Of a stretch of 64,000 bases of DNA, positions 46,771 to 58,292 are shown piece after piece; within the stretch, counting starts at the first letter, position 1; every line of letters begins with the position of its first letter. Origin of the DNA: an uncultured Candidatus Binatia bacterium (lineage in GTDB: Bacteria; Desulfobacterota; Binatia; Bin18); contig OZ243961.1 of the NCBI GenBank assembly GCA_965214605.1, positions 960,001 through 1,024,000 of the forward strand, in the 5' to 3' direction. The notes beneath the pieces were generated by a model. The model was not told the origin of the DNA and did no database searches. It saw only the letters and a list, made by a program, of their open reading frames with translations. A program made the position numbers and the translations under genes.

Positions 46771-48663
46771 TTATTCACGTGAGCCAGGGATGATGCTGAG
46801 GACCAAGCGGCGGCCGCGCCGTTGAACAATAATCTCGGCCGCAGTATTGGCCCGCAGGTCGCCCAGCGCATAGGTATAATCATAGATATTCTCAATGCTC
46901 TTCCCAGCCAGCTGCACAATGATATCCCCGCCTTGGAGGCCAGCACGGGCCGCCGGCCCATCTTTGACCACCCCGGATAGCTTAACGCCTACCACCTCCG
47001 ACCGGGTGTAATCTGGAATCGTGCCCAGATAGGCGCGCAGCCCTACGCGTCTCAGCTGAGGGGCCGGGGCATCCATTTCCCGGTAATCGGGCACGTCCTG
47101 GCGGGTGGCTAAATTGACGGACAGGGCAGCCATCAGCCGGGTAATTTCTTCCGCTCCCGAAAACTGAATCTTATCCGCGGTGTCGCGCGGTGTGTGATAG
47201 TCCTCATGGGCGCCGGTAAAAGCGCTCAGCACCGGAATCCGCTTAAGATAGAATGATGTGGCATCGGTCGCTAGATAGCTGTCGTCTTGCAGGGTTAGCG
47301 GCAGCCCGATCGAGGCATTAGCCTGCTCAATCAGGCCGGTCCAGCTCGAACTAGAACCAACCCCCTGGAGAATCAGGCTGTTTTGCAGGCGTCCAATCAT
47401 GTCCATATTCAGATAGGCCATCGGTCTCAGCGAAGCCGACTGATCAGCTTGGCTGTCAAACGTCCGAGTAAAATAGCTCGACCCCAGCAGACCCATCTCT
47501 TCTCCGGACCAAGCGGCAAACACCACATCCCGGTGCAGCGCGAGCTGACCTCGAGCTTTTTGGTTGGCCAGATACTGGGCGATTTCAAGCAGGCCGGCAA
47601 CACCAGAGGCGTTATCGTCGGCCCCATAATGAATGGCTCCCCTTTCGTCGTCGCGTGCCAGCGAGTCAGACCCGTGTCCGGTGCCGAGATGATCAATATG
47701 CGCCCCAATTATCAGCGCGCGACGCCCGTCCGGTCTACCCGCCGACAGCCGGGCCAGAACATTGCGGCCGGTCTTTTTCTCGTGGCGAATATCAATACCG
47801 GCGACCAGCCGCAAGCCCTCCAGCTCAAAACCCCCCATCAGCTGGCCCGTATCCGCAGCGTCCTGGAGCGTCTTGAGGTCTTTTCCCTCGGCCCGCAACC
47901 AGGCGGCCGCGACCGCATCGGTAACAGACAAGGTGCCAATGCTCGTCCCGGCCAGCGAGGCGTCAAAAGACAGGCCGACGAGCTGATTGTTGACCATGGC
48001 GTTCGGCCCGCTGACAATGATCAGGCCCCGTGCCCCACGGTCACGAGCCAGCATCGCTTTGCGGCGCAAGCTAGCATAGCGGCCGAGATGGTCTCGCCAC
48101 TGTTGAGCGACTCCCTCCGGCATATAGCGAAAGACCAGGACCCACTTGTTGTTGACATTGAGATGGCTGTACGAGTCATAGACCGGCTGACCGTCAGCCG
48201 CCGGAGCGACAATGCCATAGCCCGCAAAGACCACTCCTGCGGGGGTGAATTCACCAATTTTGGAAAAGGCTACAGGACGCCAGTCCCGGTCAAGCTCATA
48301 GGACTGCCCAGACCGCGCCGGCGTCTGACCGTCTCGGGCTAGACGCTCTGCCATCAAGGTATTGTCCGGTCCCAGCGAAACCCCGGCCGTAAAAGGAAAA
48401 GGCTGAAAATAGCTTTCCCCATCACCCGCCGGCACCAAGCCAAACTCTTCAAACAGGGCGGCCGCATACGCCGTTGCTGCATGCTCACCGACCGTGCCGG
48501 TCAGCCGCCCAGCCATCTGTTCAGAGGCTAAAATCTCAATGTGACGCTGGAGGTCGGCCGCCTGGATTTCCGGCGCCGTCATGCTCGGGCCGGCACCAGT
48601 ATTAGCCGGCCCAATGACAAGCGTGAGGAGTCCGACAAGAAAAAGTTTCAGGGTCCGCTGCAT
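46771..48663 (-). CDS. secreted M28 peptidase with PA and PDZ domains
   Basis: Signal peptide; GAHIDHLG, GADDNASG, GEEMG, NMDMIG, HEDYH; C-terminal YLGTIPD/GPA PDZ. Confidence 0.92.
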   Translation of the reverse strand: MQRTLKLFLVGLLTLVIGPANTGAGPSMTAPEIQAADLQRHIEILASEQMAGRLTGTVGEHAATAYAAALFEEFGLVPAGDGESYFQPFPFTAGVSLGPDNTLMAERLARDGQTPARSGQSYELDRDWRPVAFSKIGEFTPAGVVFAGYGIVAPAADGQPVYDSYSHLNVNNKWVLVFRYMPEGVAQQWRDHLGRYASLRRKAMLARDRGARGLIIVSGPNAMVNNQLVGLSFDASLAGTSIGTLSVTDAVAAAWLRAEGKDLKTLQDAADTGQLMGGFELEGLRLVAGIDIRHEKKTGRNVLARLSAGRPDGRRALIIGAHIDHLGTGHGSDSLARDDERGAIHYGADDNASGVAGLLEIAQYLANQKARGQLALHRDVVFAAWSGEEMGLLGSSYFTRTFDSQADQSASLRPMAYLNMDMIGRLQNSLILQGVGSSSSWTGLIEQANASIGLPLTLQDDSYLATDATSFYLKRIPVLSAFTGAHEDYHTPRDTADKIQFSGAEEITRLMAALSVNLATRQDVPDYREMDAPAPQLRRVGLRAYLGTIPDYTRSEVVGVKLSGVVKDGPAARAGLQGGDIIVQLAGKSIENIYDYTYALGDLRANTAAEIIVQRRGRRLVLSIIPGSRE

Positions 48664-49025
48664 AGCGACAGATCATACCGCCGGTGGCCACGATACACCA
48701 AGGGCCGGTTTGATTTACCGGAGAACTCAGCGAGAGAGGGCGAAAAGGGCTGACGAATGCACCTTCTGCGTCCTGAAAAACAGATATCTTTTCGACGGAA
48801 TAGGCCGAAAAGATCAGGGCTCAACATGAATCCTCTGGCGAGAGTGTTTTTTGGCTGGACATTGCCGCTCTCGGCTTTCTCATGTCCTGGACAGAAGTGG
48901 AAAAGCGTCTGGCGGGCGGTCTGCGATCACCCCCTCAGTCTCCCGACATCGCCTCACACAGCTTGACGCTCTCTTCCTGCTTGGCTAGTGTCAACCTTAT
49001 CACTGCATGTAAGGGGGAAAGCACT

Positions 49026-49328
49026 ATGGCGTATCTATTCGCTCATATCAAGCTGCGGCCGGGCAAGGTCCAAAAGTTTACCGAGGTGCTCGGACAGCTG
49101 GCGCCGCTCCTGGAGAAGCACGGCGGCTGGAAGCTGCACGGGAGTTACTTTAACGTTATCGGGCGTTTGCACACTGTTGTTGACGTCTGGGAGTTGCCCG
49201 ATGCTAACGCTGTCCAAACGACCTTGGAAAAGGCGTCACAAGACCCCGAGTTTCAGAAATGGGCGCCGGGGATTGAAGAATGTATCGAAGATGAAACCCT
49301 ACAGGTGATGACCAAACTACCGGTCTAA
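49026..49328 (+). CDS. NIPSNAP family protein
   Basis: IKLRPGK, GWKLHGSY..IGRLHTVVDVW; GGGGA RBS; TTGACG-N17-TAGTGT upstream (48963-48991). Confidence 0.8.
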   Translation: MAYLFAHIKLRPGKVQKFTEVLGQLAPLLEKHGGWKLHGSYFNVIGRLHTVVDVWELPDANAVQTTLEKASQDPEFQKWAPGIEECIEDETLQVMTKLPV

Positions 49329-49355
49329 GCCGTCCGTCATCCAGACAAAGATTTT

Positions 49356-50753
49356 TTAGCCCTTGGGTCCGATCATATCTTCCGGTCGGACCCACCGGTC
49401 ATACTCCTCGGCCGTCACATGGGCTAGCGCCAACGCCGCCTCTCTGAGGCTTGATCCATCCCGGTGCGCCTTCTTGGCGATCTCTGCCGCTTTCTCATAG
49501 CCGATATGGGGATTGAGGGCGGTTACCACCATCAGCGACTCCTGCAAATGCTTGTCAATCCGTTCTCTGTTCGGCTCAATACCGACCGCGCAGTGGTCAT
49601 TGAAGGCCTGACAGGCGTCGGCAATGAGCCGGATCGACTCAAGCAGGTTGTGTACCATCACCGGTTTGAACACGTTGAGTTGGAAATTGCCCTGCGAGCC
49701 GCCAAAAGCCACAGCCGCATCGTTGCCGAACACCTGAACAGCGACCATCGTCAGAGCCTCTGACTGAGTCGGGTTGACCTTACCGGGCATAATGGAAGAA
49801 CCCGGCTCGTTCTCGGGAATGAAGATCTCGCCAATACCGGCTCGCGGGCCGCAGGCCAGCCAGCGTACATCGTTGGCGATCTTCATCAACGCCCCGGCCA
49901 GGGTCCGCAGTGAAGCACTGGCGGTGACCATGGCATCATGGGCCGACAGGGAGGCAAACTTATTTGGCGCCGAGACAAACGGGCGTCCGGTCTCGGTTGC
50001 CATCTTGGCCGCTGCCAGATCACCAAACTGGGGATGGGCGTTGAGACCGGTGCCGACCGCGGTCCCGCCAATCGCCAGCTCACAGAGTCCAGGAATAGTC
50101 CGGCGGATGTCGTTAAGAGCGGCGTTGAGCTGGGCCGCCCAGCCACCAATCTCCTGTCCCAAGGTGATCGGTGTTGCATCCTGCAGATGCGTACGGCCGA
50201 CCTTCACCACGTCGGCAAACTGCTTGGACTTGGCGTGCAGCGTGGTGGCGAGCTGACTAACGGCTGGAATCAGTACGTCTTCGAGTTGCTCGACAGCGGC
50301 AATGTGCATCGCGGTCGGAAAGGTATCGTTGGAGCTCTGGCCGCGATTCACATCGTCATTGGGGTGGATCGGTTTCTTTGAGCCCATCTCACCACCGGCC
50401 AATTCAATGGCCCGGTTTGAGATCACCTCGTTGGTGTTCATGTTGGTCTGCGTGCCCGAGCCGGTCTGGAAGACAACCAACGGGAAGTGATCGTCAAGGG
50501 CACCGGAGATCACCTCGTCGGCCGCCCGAACGATCAGGTCCACCTTCTCCTGAGACAGCTGCCCCAGCTCGCCGTTGGCTAAGGCCGCGCCCTTCTTAAG
50601 GACACCCATCGCCCGGATGATAGGCCGGGTAAAACGGAAACGCTCAACGCCAATGGGGAAGTTGGTGCGCGAACGCTCGGTCTGGGCACCCCAGTATCGG
50701 TCAGCAGCAACCTCGACCGCTCCCATGCTATCCGTCTCGGTTCTCGTCTTCAT
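49356..50753 (-). CDS. fumC: class II fumarate hydratase
   Basis: [33 protein letters not shown]. Confidence 0.97.
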   Translation of the reverse strand: MKTRTETDSMGAVEVAADRYWGAQTERSRTNFPIGVERFRFTRPIIRAMGVLKKGAALANGELGQLSQEKVDLIVRAADEVISGALDDHFPLVVFQTGSGTQTNMNTNEVISNRAIELAGGEMGSKKPIHPNDDVNRGQSSNDTFPTAMHIAAVEQLEDVLIPAVSQLATTLHAKSKQFADVVKVGRTHLQDATPITLGQEIGGWAAQLNAALNDIRRTIPGLCELAIGGTAVGTGLNAHPQFGDLAAAKMATETGRPFVSAPNKFASLSAHDAMVTASASLRTLAGALMKIANDVRWLACGPRAGIGEIFIPENEPGSSIMPGKVNPTQSEALTMVAVQVFGNDAAVAFGGSQGNFQLNVFKPVMVHNLLESIRLIADACQAFNDHCAVGIEPNRERIDKHLQESLMVVTALNPHIGYEKAAEIAKKAHRDGSSLREAALALAHVTAEEYDRWVRPEDMIGPKG

Positions 50754-50767
50754 ATACAATCCTTCGC

Positions 50768-51103
50768 TCAAATCGACAGCAGAACAAAAACGGTCACCAC
50801 CGTACCAAGGATGGCCCCGCCATAGCAGATGACCGCAATAGGCATCTGATAGCCTCGCAGACCCGTATCGTACAAGGTATGGCGGATGCGGTGCACGCAG
50901 TGGAAAAAAGTCAGGGAGAAGAGGACCAACAGGTAGAGTTTGGTCAGCGGATGGGAGGCCAAGTCGCTCAGAGCATCAGCCGATACCCAACCCAGGGGAG
51001 CCATGATGCCGCCCAGCACGACGTGAATCGGCACCAGGAGGGCCGCAACCATCCCCCCGGCCGAAAACAGAGACCACCAAAACGCTTCGCCCGACTTGGC
51101 CAT
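50768..51103 (-). CDS. frdD: fumarate reductase membrane anchor D
   Basis: [20 protein letters not shown]; operon position. Confidence 0.9.
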   Translation of the reverse strand: MAKSGEAFWWSLFSAGGMVAALLVPIHVVLGGIMAPLGWVSADALSDLASHPLTKLYLLVLFSLTFFHCVHRIRHTLYDTGLRGYQMPIAVICYGGAILGTVVTVFVLLSI

Positions 51104-51107
51104 ATCT

Positions 51108-51497
51108 TCAACTCCTCAGGACAATCCACATGATCACGACCGACACCACCAGCCACGCGAGGTAGTGAGAGCCGGCGATAACAACCGGGGGGACGCGGTC
51201 TTCTCCCCGGCGCACGATAATGACTTGGGGGGTTAGGTTGAACCAGGTGATGCTGTGGTAGAGGGCGGCAATCAACACCAGGAGGTGAAAAACAATCCAG
51301 CCCGGTGAGGCGAGTTGCTCGACCGTTCTCGCATATGCCTCGGCTCCTCGAGCAAGGTCGGCCAGTTGAATGAGGGAGACAACCAGGAAGGCGACGATTA
51401 ACACGCTGGTCAACTCACGCAGCATAAAGAGCACGTAGTTGCGCTTGCTCAGCCACCAGGTGCTCGCCGATATCGGGCGGTAGTAGGGCTCACTCAT
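51108..51497 (-). CDS. frdC: fumarate reductase membrane anchor C
   Basis: PYYR...TWW...[16 protein letters not shown]; ATGA overlap with frdB. Confidence 0.9.
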   Translation of the reverse strand: MSEPYYRPISASTWWLSKRNYVLFMLRELTSVLIVAFLVVSLIQLADLARGAEAYARTVEQLASPGWIVFHLLVLIAALYHSITWFNLTPQVIIVRRGEDRVPPVVIAGSHYLAWLVVSVVIMWIVLRS

Positions 51498-52234
51498 TGC
51501 GATCCCCTCGGCAGCAACATGGACTTGAACCAATCAATCGCTCCGGACGCCTTAGCCTGCTGGATCGCCCCGGCGGGGTCGACATGCTTAGGGCAGACCA
51601 CAGAACACTCGCTCACAAAGGTACACTCCCACACGCCTTCGTGGCTGGAGATGACCTCTCGCCGAGCGTCCTGACCCTGATCGCGGGAGTCGAGGTTGTA
51701 GCGCTGGGCCAGGGCGATGGCTGCCGGACCAACAAAAGACGAGTCGAGGCCGTATACCGGGCAGGCGGCGTAACATAGCATGCAGTTGATGCACATGCTG
51801 AACTGTTTATAGCTGGCCAACTCGGCCGGAGTCTGCAAATATTCCCCCTCAGCAACCGGCTTCTCCTGCTCACGGATAAGCCATGGCTGGACATCCTTGA
51901 GCTTGGCCATGAAGTCGTCCATGTTAACGACCAGGTCGCGTTCGACCGGAAAATTGGCCAGCGGTTCGACTCGGATCGGTTCCGGATAGTAGTCTCTGAG
52001 AAAGGCCGCGCAGCTGAGCTTGGGCTCGTTATTGATCATCATGCCGCAACTGCCGCACACGCCCATATGACACGACCAACGGTAGGACAGACTACCGTCT
52101 ACCTCATCCTTGAGATAGTTGAGCGCGTCTAGGATAACCCAGTCGTCGCGGTACGGCACAGAGTACGTCTGGAAAGTCGGTTCTTGGGAGACCTCCGGTC
52201 GGTAGCGGAAGACCTCCAGCGTGATGTCAGCCAT
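51494..52234 (-). CDS. frdB: fumarate reductase iron-sulfur subunit
   Basis: [37 protein letters not shown]. Confidence 0.93.
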   Translation of the reverse strand: MADITLEVFRYRPEVSQEPTFQTYSVPYRDDWVILDALNYLKDEVDGSLSYRWSCHMGVCGSCGMMINNEPKLSCAAFLRDYYPEPIRVEPLANFPVERDLVVNMDDFMAKLKDVQPWLIREQEKPVAEGEYLQTPAELASYKQFSMCINCMLCYAACPVYGLDSSFVGPAAIALAQRYNLDSRDQGQDARREVISSHEGVWECTFVSECSVVCPKHVDPAGAIQQAKASGAIDWFKSMLLPRGSQ

Positions 52235-52236
52235 CG

Positions 52237-53991
52237 TTAATCTCCATATTTCCGTTCAGCGGGCGGCCAACGAGTAATGACCACATCCCGATACTCTATA
52301 CGTGGCGCGCCGTCGGTTTGGTATGCCATGGAGTGGGCCAGGAAGTTGTCATCGTCGCGTTGGGGATAATCGGTGCGCTGGTGAGAGCCACGCGACTCTT
52401 GCCGAGCAACCGCTGAATAGGCGACGGCTTCGGCCACATCCAGCATACATTCCAACTCCAGGGCTGCGGTAAGCTCGGTATTGAAGGTCAGGCTGCGGTC
52501 GTCCAAGGTGATGTTGGCAAACCGCTCCTTGAGCTCGGATACCTTATCACAGGTGGCTTGCAGCGAGTCCTGGGTTCGATAAATGCCGGCCCCGGTCTCC
52601 ATCGTCGCCGTCATCTCGGTGCGTAGGCTGGCAAGCCGTTCGGTGCCGTCGGTCTTGGCGATGAACCGCTGCTGGATGCGCGTTTGCTCGTCTTTGGCTT
52701 GGGCTTCAAGGGCCTGCGCATCACAGGCCGGCTGTTCTTGGGCAAAGGTCGCAGCCGCACGGCCCGCCCGGGCGCCAAAGACCAACAGCTCGGTGAGCGA
52801 GTTTGAGCCGAGTCGGTTGGCTCCGTTGATGCTCACACACGCACACTCGCCAGCCGCGAATAGGCCCGGCAACGGGGTCGCCGCCTCAATATCAGTATCG
52901 ATCCCACCCATCATGTAGTGCACCACCGGCCGGACCGGAATCGGCTCGTAGACCGGATCAATACCCGCATAGTTCTTTGCCAACTCGCGCACAAAGGGGA
53001 TCTTTCTGTCAATCTTTTCCTCGCCGAGGTGGCGAACGTCGAGGTGGACCACGTCACCGTAGGGGCCCGGCAGAGTGTTGCCCTTGTCGTGCTCTTTGAC
53101 AAAGCACTGCGAGAGCTTGTCGCGCGGCCCGAGTTCCATCGTCCGTTTTTGGGGGTGTGCCGGGTCATTCACATCAAGCGGTTTCCCGAGCTCGTAGTCC
53201 TGGAGATAACGGTAGCCGTTTTTATTGACCAGAACCCCGCCCTCACCACGGGCGGCCTCGGTAATTAGGATGCCTGTGCCTGGCAGGCCAGTCGGATGAT
53301 ACTGGACGAACTCCATGTCTTTGAGCGGTACTCCGGCCCGGTAGGCCAACGCCATGCCGTCGCCAGTCTTGATAGCTCCGTTGGTTGTAAACGGGAAGAT
53401 CCGGCCAGCCCCACCCGTACACATAATAACCGCCTTGGCCAGCACCGGCTGGACCATGCCAGTGCGCAACTCAAGCGCGGTCACGCCCTGACAGCGGCCG
53501 TTCTCGACCAACAGCTTAGTGGCAAAAGACTCATCATAACGCGTGATCGAGGTGTACTGCAGCGAAGTCTGAAACAGCGCGTGCAGCAGGTGGAAACCGG
53601 TCTTATCCGCGGCAAACCAGGTCCGCTCAATCCGCATCCCACCAAATGGCCGTACCGCGACCCGACCGTCGGGCTCCCGACTCCAGGGACAGCCCCAGTG
53701 CTCCAACTGGATAAGCTCGGCCGGCGCTTCCTTGACAAAGAGCTCAACCGCATCCTGGTCGGCCATCCAGTCGGAACCGGTGATCGTATCGTGAATATGA
53801 TCTTCCAGACTGTCGTTTTCTTTGATGACCGCAGCCGTTCCGCCCTCGGCCGCAACCGTATGACTGCGCATCGGGTAGACTTTAGAGACGAGGGCGATAT
53901 CAAGCTGGGGATTGATTTCGGCCACGGCGATAGCAGCGCGGAGCCCCGCCCCGCCACCCCCAACAATAAGTATGTCATGCACAGGTGCCAT
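52237..53991 (-). CDS. frdA: fumarate reductase flavoprotein subunit
   Basis: [16 protein letters not shown] (covalent FAD His), [29 protein letters not shown]. Confidence 0.93.
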   Translation of the reverse strand: MAPVHDILIVGGGGAGLRAAIAVAEINPQLDIALVSKVYPMRSHTVAAEGGTAAVIKENDSLEDHIHDTITGSDWMADQDAVELFVKEAPAELIQLEHWGCPWSREPDGRVAVRPFGGMRIERTWFAADKTGFHLLHALFQTSLQYTSITRYDESFATKLLVENGRCQGVTALELRTGMVQPVLAKAVIMCTGGAGRIFPFTTNGAIKTGDGMALAYRAGVPLKDMEFVQYHPTGLPGTGILITEAARGEGGVLVNKNGYRYLQDYELGKPLDVNDPAHPQKRTMELGPRDKLSQCFVKEHDKGNTLPGPYGDVVHLDVRHLGEEKIDRKIPFVRELAKNYAGIDPVYEPIPVRPVVHYMMGGIDTDIEAATPLPGLFAAGECACVSINGANRLGSNSLTELLVFGARAGRAAATFAQEQPACDAQALEAQAKDEQTRIQQRFIAKTDGTERLASLRTEMTATMETGAGIYRTQDSLQATCDKVSELKERFANITLDDRSLTFNTELTAALELECMLDVAEAVAYSAVARQESRGSHQRTDYPQRDDDNFLAHSMAYQTDGAPRIEYRDVVITRWPPAERKYGD

Positions 53992-54006
53992 ACATTCCCT
54001 TTGTGT

Positions 54007-54954
54007 CTAAGCGTTCTGCGCCAGCACCGTGTCCATGGCGGCGACCAATTCTTGCACATGGCTGACCGACACCTGCATCTCCTGCTTCTCCTTATCGCTC
54101 AACGCAATATCCACAACCCGTTCAACCCCTCCAGCGCCAATGCTCACCGGCACACCAAAATACACCCCCTCAATCCCATACTCGCCTTCAAGGTAAGCGG
54201 CGCAGGGCAGGATGTGCTTCTTGTCGTACAGGTACGCTTCGGTCATCTGAACCGCCGCCGAAGCCGGAGAATAGAAAGCCGAGCCGGTCTTGAGCAAGGC
54301 CACAATTTCGCCGCCAGCCTGACGTACCCGCTTCTCGATCTCTTCGAGCCGCTCAGCCGAGATCAGCCGCTCAATTGGGATACCGCCTACCTGGCAGTAG
54401 CTCCGTACCGGCACCATATCATCGCCGTGACCGCCTAAGACCATGGCGGTCACATTTTTGACCGACACGTTCAACTCCTGGGCAATAAAAGTCCGGTAGC
54501 GCGACGAGTCAAGCACCCCGGCCTGGCCAACGACCCGATTTTTGGGGAAGCCGGTGACCCGTTTGGCCAGGGTCACCATAGCGTCGAGCGGGTTGGTGAT
54601 GACAATCAGAAAGCTCTGCGGCGCATATCTGGCGATGTTCTCCGAGACTTCACGCATGATCTTGCAGTTGATGCCCAGCAGATCATCCCGGCTCATACCC
54701 GGCTTACGGGCCACGCCGGCGGTCACGATGCACACATCGGCATCCTGAATGTCGGTATAACTGGTGGTCCCAATCAGATTAACGTCGTAGCCCTCGATCG
54801 GTCCGGCTTCGAGCAGATCAAGAGCCTTGCCCTGGGGCAAGCCGTCAATCACATCGTACAGAACCACATCGCCAAGCCCCTTGAGGGCGCACAAGTGGGC
54901 CAGCGTTCCCCCAATATTCCCAGCACCGATCAGCGCAATTTTTTTCCGTGCCAT
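54007..54954 (-). CDS. mdh: malate dehydrogenase (LDH-like)
   Basis: [31 protein letters not shown]. Confidence 0.96.
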   Translation of the reverse strand: MARKKIALIGAGNIGGTLAHLCALKGLGDVVLYDVIDGLPQGKALDLLEAGPIEGYDVNLIGTTSYTDIQDADVCIVTAGVARKPGMSRDDLLGINCKIMREVSENIARYAPQSFLIVITNPLDAMVTLAKRVTGFPKNRVVGQAGVLDSSRYRTFIAQELNVSVKNVTAMVLGGHGDDMVPVRSYCQVGGIPIERLISAERLEEIEKRVRQAGGEIVALLKTGSAFYSPASAAVQMTEAYLYDKKHILPCAAYLEGEYGIEGVYFGVPVSIGAGGVERVVDIALSDKEKQEMQVSVSHVQELVAAMDTVLAQNA

Positions 54955-55006
54955 AGCCTTCTACTCCAAAGCCTTCCCGCTCATCCAAGATTAGAATAGG
55001 GGGTAA

Positions 55007-55034
55007 GATGCCAAAATTTGCCAATGCTGTCTAG
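55007..55034 (-). promoter_or_regulatory. putative mdh-operon promoter, motif shared with lysR upstream
   Basis: + strand GATGCCAAAATT-N8-CTGTCTAG; on - strand TAGACA-N17-CATCTT with extended -10 TG. Confidence 0.55.
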
Positions 55035-55115
55035 CCCGACAGCTCCCGAACAGAGGGAGGAAAACGCGGCAGATAGCCTAAGCTCAAGCCGAGTTTAGGG
55101 CATGGTCCGAAGCGC

Positions 55116-56018
55116 CTAGTCTGGGCTTGACACAGGTCGGGACTCCTCCCTTAAGAAGTTCACAAATTCCTGGACCGCAGGGGTAAAACGGCGCCCTCGC
55201 TTAGAGATAATCCCCAAGGGGCGCACCACCACCTCATCGGCCAAAGGAATCACCTTCAGGGTTACGTTCTGCACCTCCTGAGCAATACTCGGCTCAGGCA
55301 CGATGGCCAGGTGTGAGCCGAGTTCAACGATCCGCTTGACCGTTTCGATATTGTCCACTTCTGTTGTGTACTGGACCCGGACATGGTGCTGGCGGAAAAT
55401 CCGGTCGAGCGCCCGGCGGGTTGGAATGTCGCGCTCGAACCCGACAAACTTTTCCCGGTCAAGCTGTTGCATCGATAGGCTGCGGAACTTGGCAAACGGG
55501 TGCTGGGGAGCGCAGACTAGGACTAGCTGGTCTTCGCGAAACGGCGTAACCACAATCTGGGGCCGTTTGCTGGGGTAGGCCACGATGCCCAGATCAATAT
55601 CCCCACGGCTCACGTCTTCATAGATCTTATTGACGCGGGTGTACTCCAGGTGGACCTCGACCTCGGGGAAGGTCTGAAGATAACGCTTGAGCGGGGACGA
55701 CAACTCGTACAACCCGACACTGTAGACCGTAGTCACCCGCACGCTGCCGGCTACCGAATGCGACAGTGCCTGGAGCCCTTCTTCAATCTGGCGGTATTTC
55801 TGGGAGATCTGCTTGCCGACTTGGTATAGGGCTTCCCCCGCCTGAGTGAGCCGAATGCGGCCCCGAGAACGCTCGACTAACTGTCGTTCGTAGTGGGCTT
55901 CGAGACTACGGATCTGCTGGCTGACGGCAGACTGAGTCAGCAGGTTCTTGGCCGCAGCGCGGGAAAAACTGCCCGTCTCAACCACGTCACAAAAGACCTT
56001 GAAGATTTCCAGGTGCAT
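55116..56018 (-). CDS. LysR-family transcriptional regulator
   Basis: GSFSRAA...TQSAVSQQIRSLE HTH, LTQAG, substrate-binding domain. Confidence 0.93.
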   Translation of the reverse strand: MHLEIFKVFCDVVETGSFSRAAAKNLLTQSAVSQQIRSLEAHYERQLVERSRGRIRLTQAGEALYQVGKQISQKYRQIEEGLQALSHSVAGSVRVTTVYSVGLYELSSPLKRYLQTFPEVEVHLEYTRVNKIYEDVSRGDIDLGIVAYPSKRPQIVVTPFREDQLVLVCAPQHPFAKFRSLSMQQLDREKFVGFERDIPTRRALDRIFRQHHVRVQYTTEVDNIETVKRIVELGSHLAIVPEPSIAQEVQNVTLKVIPLADEVVVRPLGIISKRGRRFTPAVQEFVNFLREESRPVSSPD

Positions 56019-56043
56019 ATGGACAACAACAGATGCAGAGCAG

Positions 56044-56071
56044 GATGCCAAAATTCAGCCTACCTGTCTAG
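56044..56071 (-). promoter_or_regulatory. putative lysR promoter, motif shared with mdh upstream
   Basis: + strand GATGCCAAAATT-N8-CTGTCTAG, identical arms and spacing to 55007-55034. Confidence 0.55.
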
Positions 56072-56140
56072 GATCTGTTTCCCTCAGCGGTTGACTCCCT
56101 AGCCGCTGTCCAGCATGTTCTCGGGAGAGGAGGAGTTGCT

Positions 56141-57718
56141 ATGGCGACCGAACATACTGGCACTCAAACGAGCATCGAAATGACCGGGGCAGAGGCGGTC
56201 ATTCGGACCGCAGCCGCGGCCGGCATCGACGTCTGCTTTGCCAATCCGGGGACAACCGAACTCTACCTGGTGGCGGCACTCGATCGCTGTCCTCAAATCC
56301 GGTCTGTCCTGTCCGTCTTCGAAGGGGTCTGTACTGGTGCGGCGGACGGCTATACCCGGATTAGCGGGCGACCCGCCCTGGCCCTCCTCCACCTCGGCCC
56401 AGGCTTGGCCAACGGTCTGGCCAATCTTCACAACGCCCGCAAAGCCAACTCGCCCGTCGTGTCGGTCGTTGGAGAACACGCCACGTGGCATATCGCGGCC
56501 GACGCGCCGTTGACGTCCGACATCGCTACCCTGGCCCACCCTATGGCCCACTTTGTCAAAACGCCGGCCAGGGTGGAGGATGTCGCCACTGACATGGCGG
56601 AGGTCATTGCCGGAGCCACCAAGCGGCCGAGCGGTCCGGGCACCCTGATCCTGCCCGCTGATATGCAGTGGGCCAAGGTCACCTCTCCCCTCCCCCACCC
56701 CATACTCTCGCAAGCGACCCCGCCCCACTCTGAGGCGGTGGAACGCGCGGCGCGGGCCCTGAGTCGGTCCCAAGCGGCGTTGGTACTAGGTGGCAGCGCA
56801 CTACGCGCGGCGGGCTTACGGGCGGCCGACCGGATCGCCCGAGCCACCGGCTGTAAGGTCTTGGCCCCGACCTTCCCACCGGTCCAAGACCGGGGGCGCG
56901 GCCTGATATGTCCAGACAAGATTCCCTACGCCCCAGAGGCTGCTCGCCAGGTCCTGGAGCCCTATCAAACCCTGGTGCTGGCCGGGGCCGCGAAACCGGT
57001 GGCCTTTTTTGGTTATCCCAACAACCGCAGCGGTTTGTACGCCGAAGACGCCGAGTTGGTCGAGGTGTGTGGCACCGAGGGCGATCCGGCGACTGCCGTG
57101 ATCGCGCTGGCCGAGGCGCTTGACGCTCCGCCCGACCGCCAGGTCCCCACCTCCGACCGGCCAGCGCCACCGACCGGCCCATTGACACCGCGGCATATGT
57201 GTCAGGCGGTGGCGGCCCTTCAGCCCGAGAATGCCATTGTGATGGACGAAGGGGCGACCGCCGGCTTTGGCTACTATCCGCTGGCGGCCGGAGCTCCACC
57301 ATTTACTTATATGGCCTTGACTGGTGGTTCGATCGGCCAGGGCCTGCCGTGTGCGACGGGTGCTGCGACCGCCGCCCCGGACCGGCCAGTGGTGTGTCTG
57401 GAAGGCGACGGCTCATCTCTGTATACCATCCAGGCTCTGTGGACGATGGCCCGCGAGAAACAGCATGTGACCGCCGTTATTTGTAAAAATCGGGCCTACT
57501 CCATTTTGCGCTGGGAGCTGGAACGGGCCAAGATAACTCCAGGTGAAGCGAGTCTCTCCTTAACCGGTTTAGACTCCCCCGTGTTTGACTTTGTCAAACT
57601 GGCCGAAGGCTTTGGGGTCGAGGCACGGGCGGTGTGGACGGCTGAGGAGTTAAATGAGGCTCTGCTCTATGGGTTTCAAACCTCGGGACCGATGCTGATC
57701 GAAGCCAACCTGGAATAA
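56141..57718 (+). CDS. ThDP-dependent enzyme, acetolactate-synthase-large-subunit-like
   Basis: ANPGTTEL, ADGY, LHLGPGLAN, EGDGS...N ThDP motif; GAGGAGG RBS. Confidence 0.9.
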   Translation: MATEHTGTQTSIEMTGAEAVIRTAAAAGIDVCFANPGTTELYLVAALDRCPQIRSVLSVFEGVCTGAADGYTRISGRPALALLHLGPGLANGLANLHNARKANSPVVSVVGEHATWHIAADAPLTSDIATLAHPMAHFVKTPARVEDVATDMAEVIAGATKRPSGPGTLILPADMQWAKVTSPLPHPILSQATPPHSEAVERAARALSRSQAALVLGGSALRAAGLRAADRIARATGCKVLAPTFPPVQDRGRGLICPDKIPYAPEAARQVLEPYQTLVLAGAAKPVAFFGYPNNRSGLYAEDAELVEVCGTEGDPATAVIALAEALDAPPDRQVPTSDRPAPPTGPLTPRHMCQAVAALQPENAIVMDEGATAGFGYYPLAAGAPPFTYMALTGGSIGQGLPCATGAATAAPDRPVVCLEGDGSSLYTIQALWTMAREKQHVTAVICKNRAYSILRWELERAKITPGEASLSLTGLDSPVFDFVKLAEGFGVEARAVWTAEELNEALLYGFQTSGPMLIEANLE

Positions 57719-57808
57719 GCCGGGCGTCAGTCTTGGCCATGTCTGGACGCCAGCCACAAAGCGTGTCATAGCTGGCAGTCGGGAGCACCGAGACATAAGG
57801 AGGGAGGC

Positions 57809-58276
57809 ATGAAAATTAGAGCTACGTCGCACATCGCCATTGGCGTTAGCAACATGGCTGAGTCGCTACAATTCTATCGAGATCTGCTGGGCCTGCGCGT
57901 CACCCTGGACGATCCCAATGAAAACCCGGGAGGCATGCTGCGGACGGTCACCGGCGCGGAACAGCCCGGCCGTCACGGGGTCTATCTGCGCTGGGAGGAC
58001 GGCCCAGACGCCACTTTCATCGTCCTGTCCCAGAACCGTCCCACCTCGGGAGAGGCAATTAATCTGAACCAGATCGGTATCCATCACTTCGCCTTCTGGG
58101 TGGACGATCTGGAGGAGACCTTTGAGCAGGTCAAGGCCGCAGGCGTCCCAATCGTCCTGGCCCCAAAGGTCTTCGACAGCGTCGCCTACGGGGAAGCGCC
58201 GGGTGGCAAAGTCATGACCACCCTGTTCAAAGACCCCGATGGGATCGTCATCCAGCTCGATCAGCGGGTCTCTTAA
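57809..58276 (+). CDS. VOC/glyoxalase family protein
   Basis: SHIAIGVSNM..SLQFY, HHFAFWVDD, KDPDG. Confidence 0.88.
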   Translation: MKIRATSHIAIGVSNMAESLQFYRDLLGLRVTLDDPNENPGGMLRTVTGAEQPGRHGVYLRWEDGPDATFIVLSQNRPTSGEAINLNQIGIHHFAFWVDDLEETFEQVKAAGVPIVLAPKVFDSVAYGEAPGGKVMTTLFKDPDGIVIQLDQRVS

Positions 58277-58292
58277 TGAGGGAGGAAGTCGC

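Noticed and set aside
53296-54438. Long antisense ORFs (53296-54438, 21778-22917, 47383-48342, 34907-35749)
   Set aside because: Shadow frames opposite well-supported genes, expected from GC-rich codon bias
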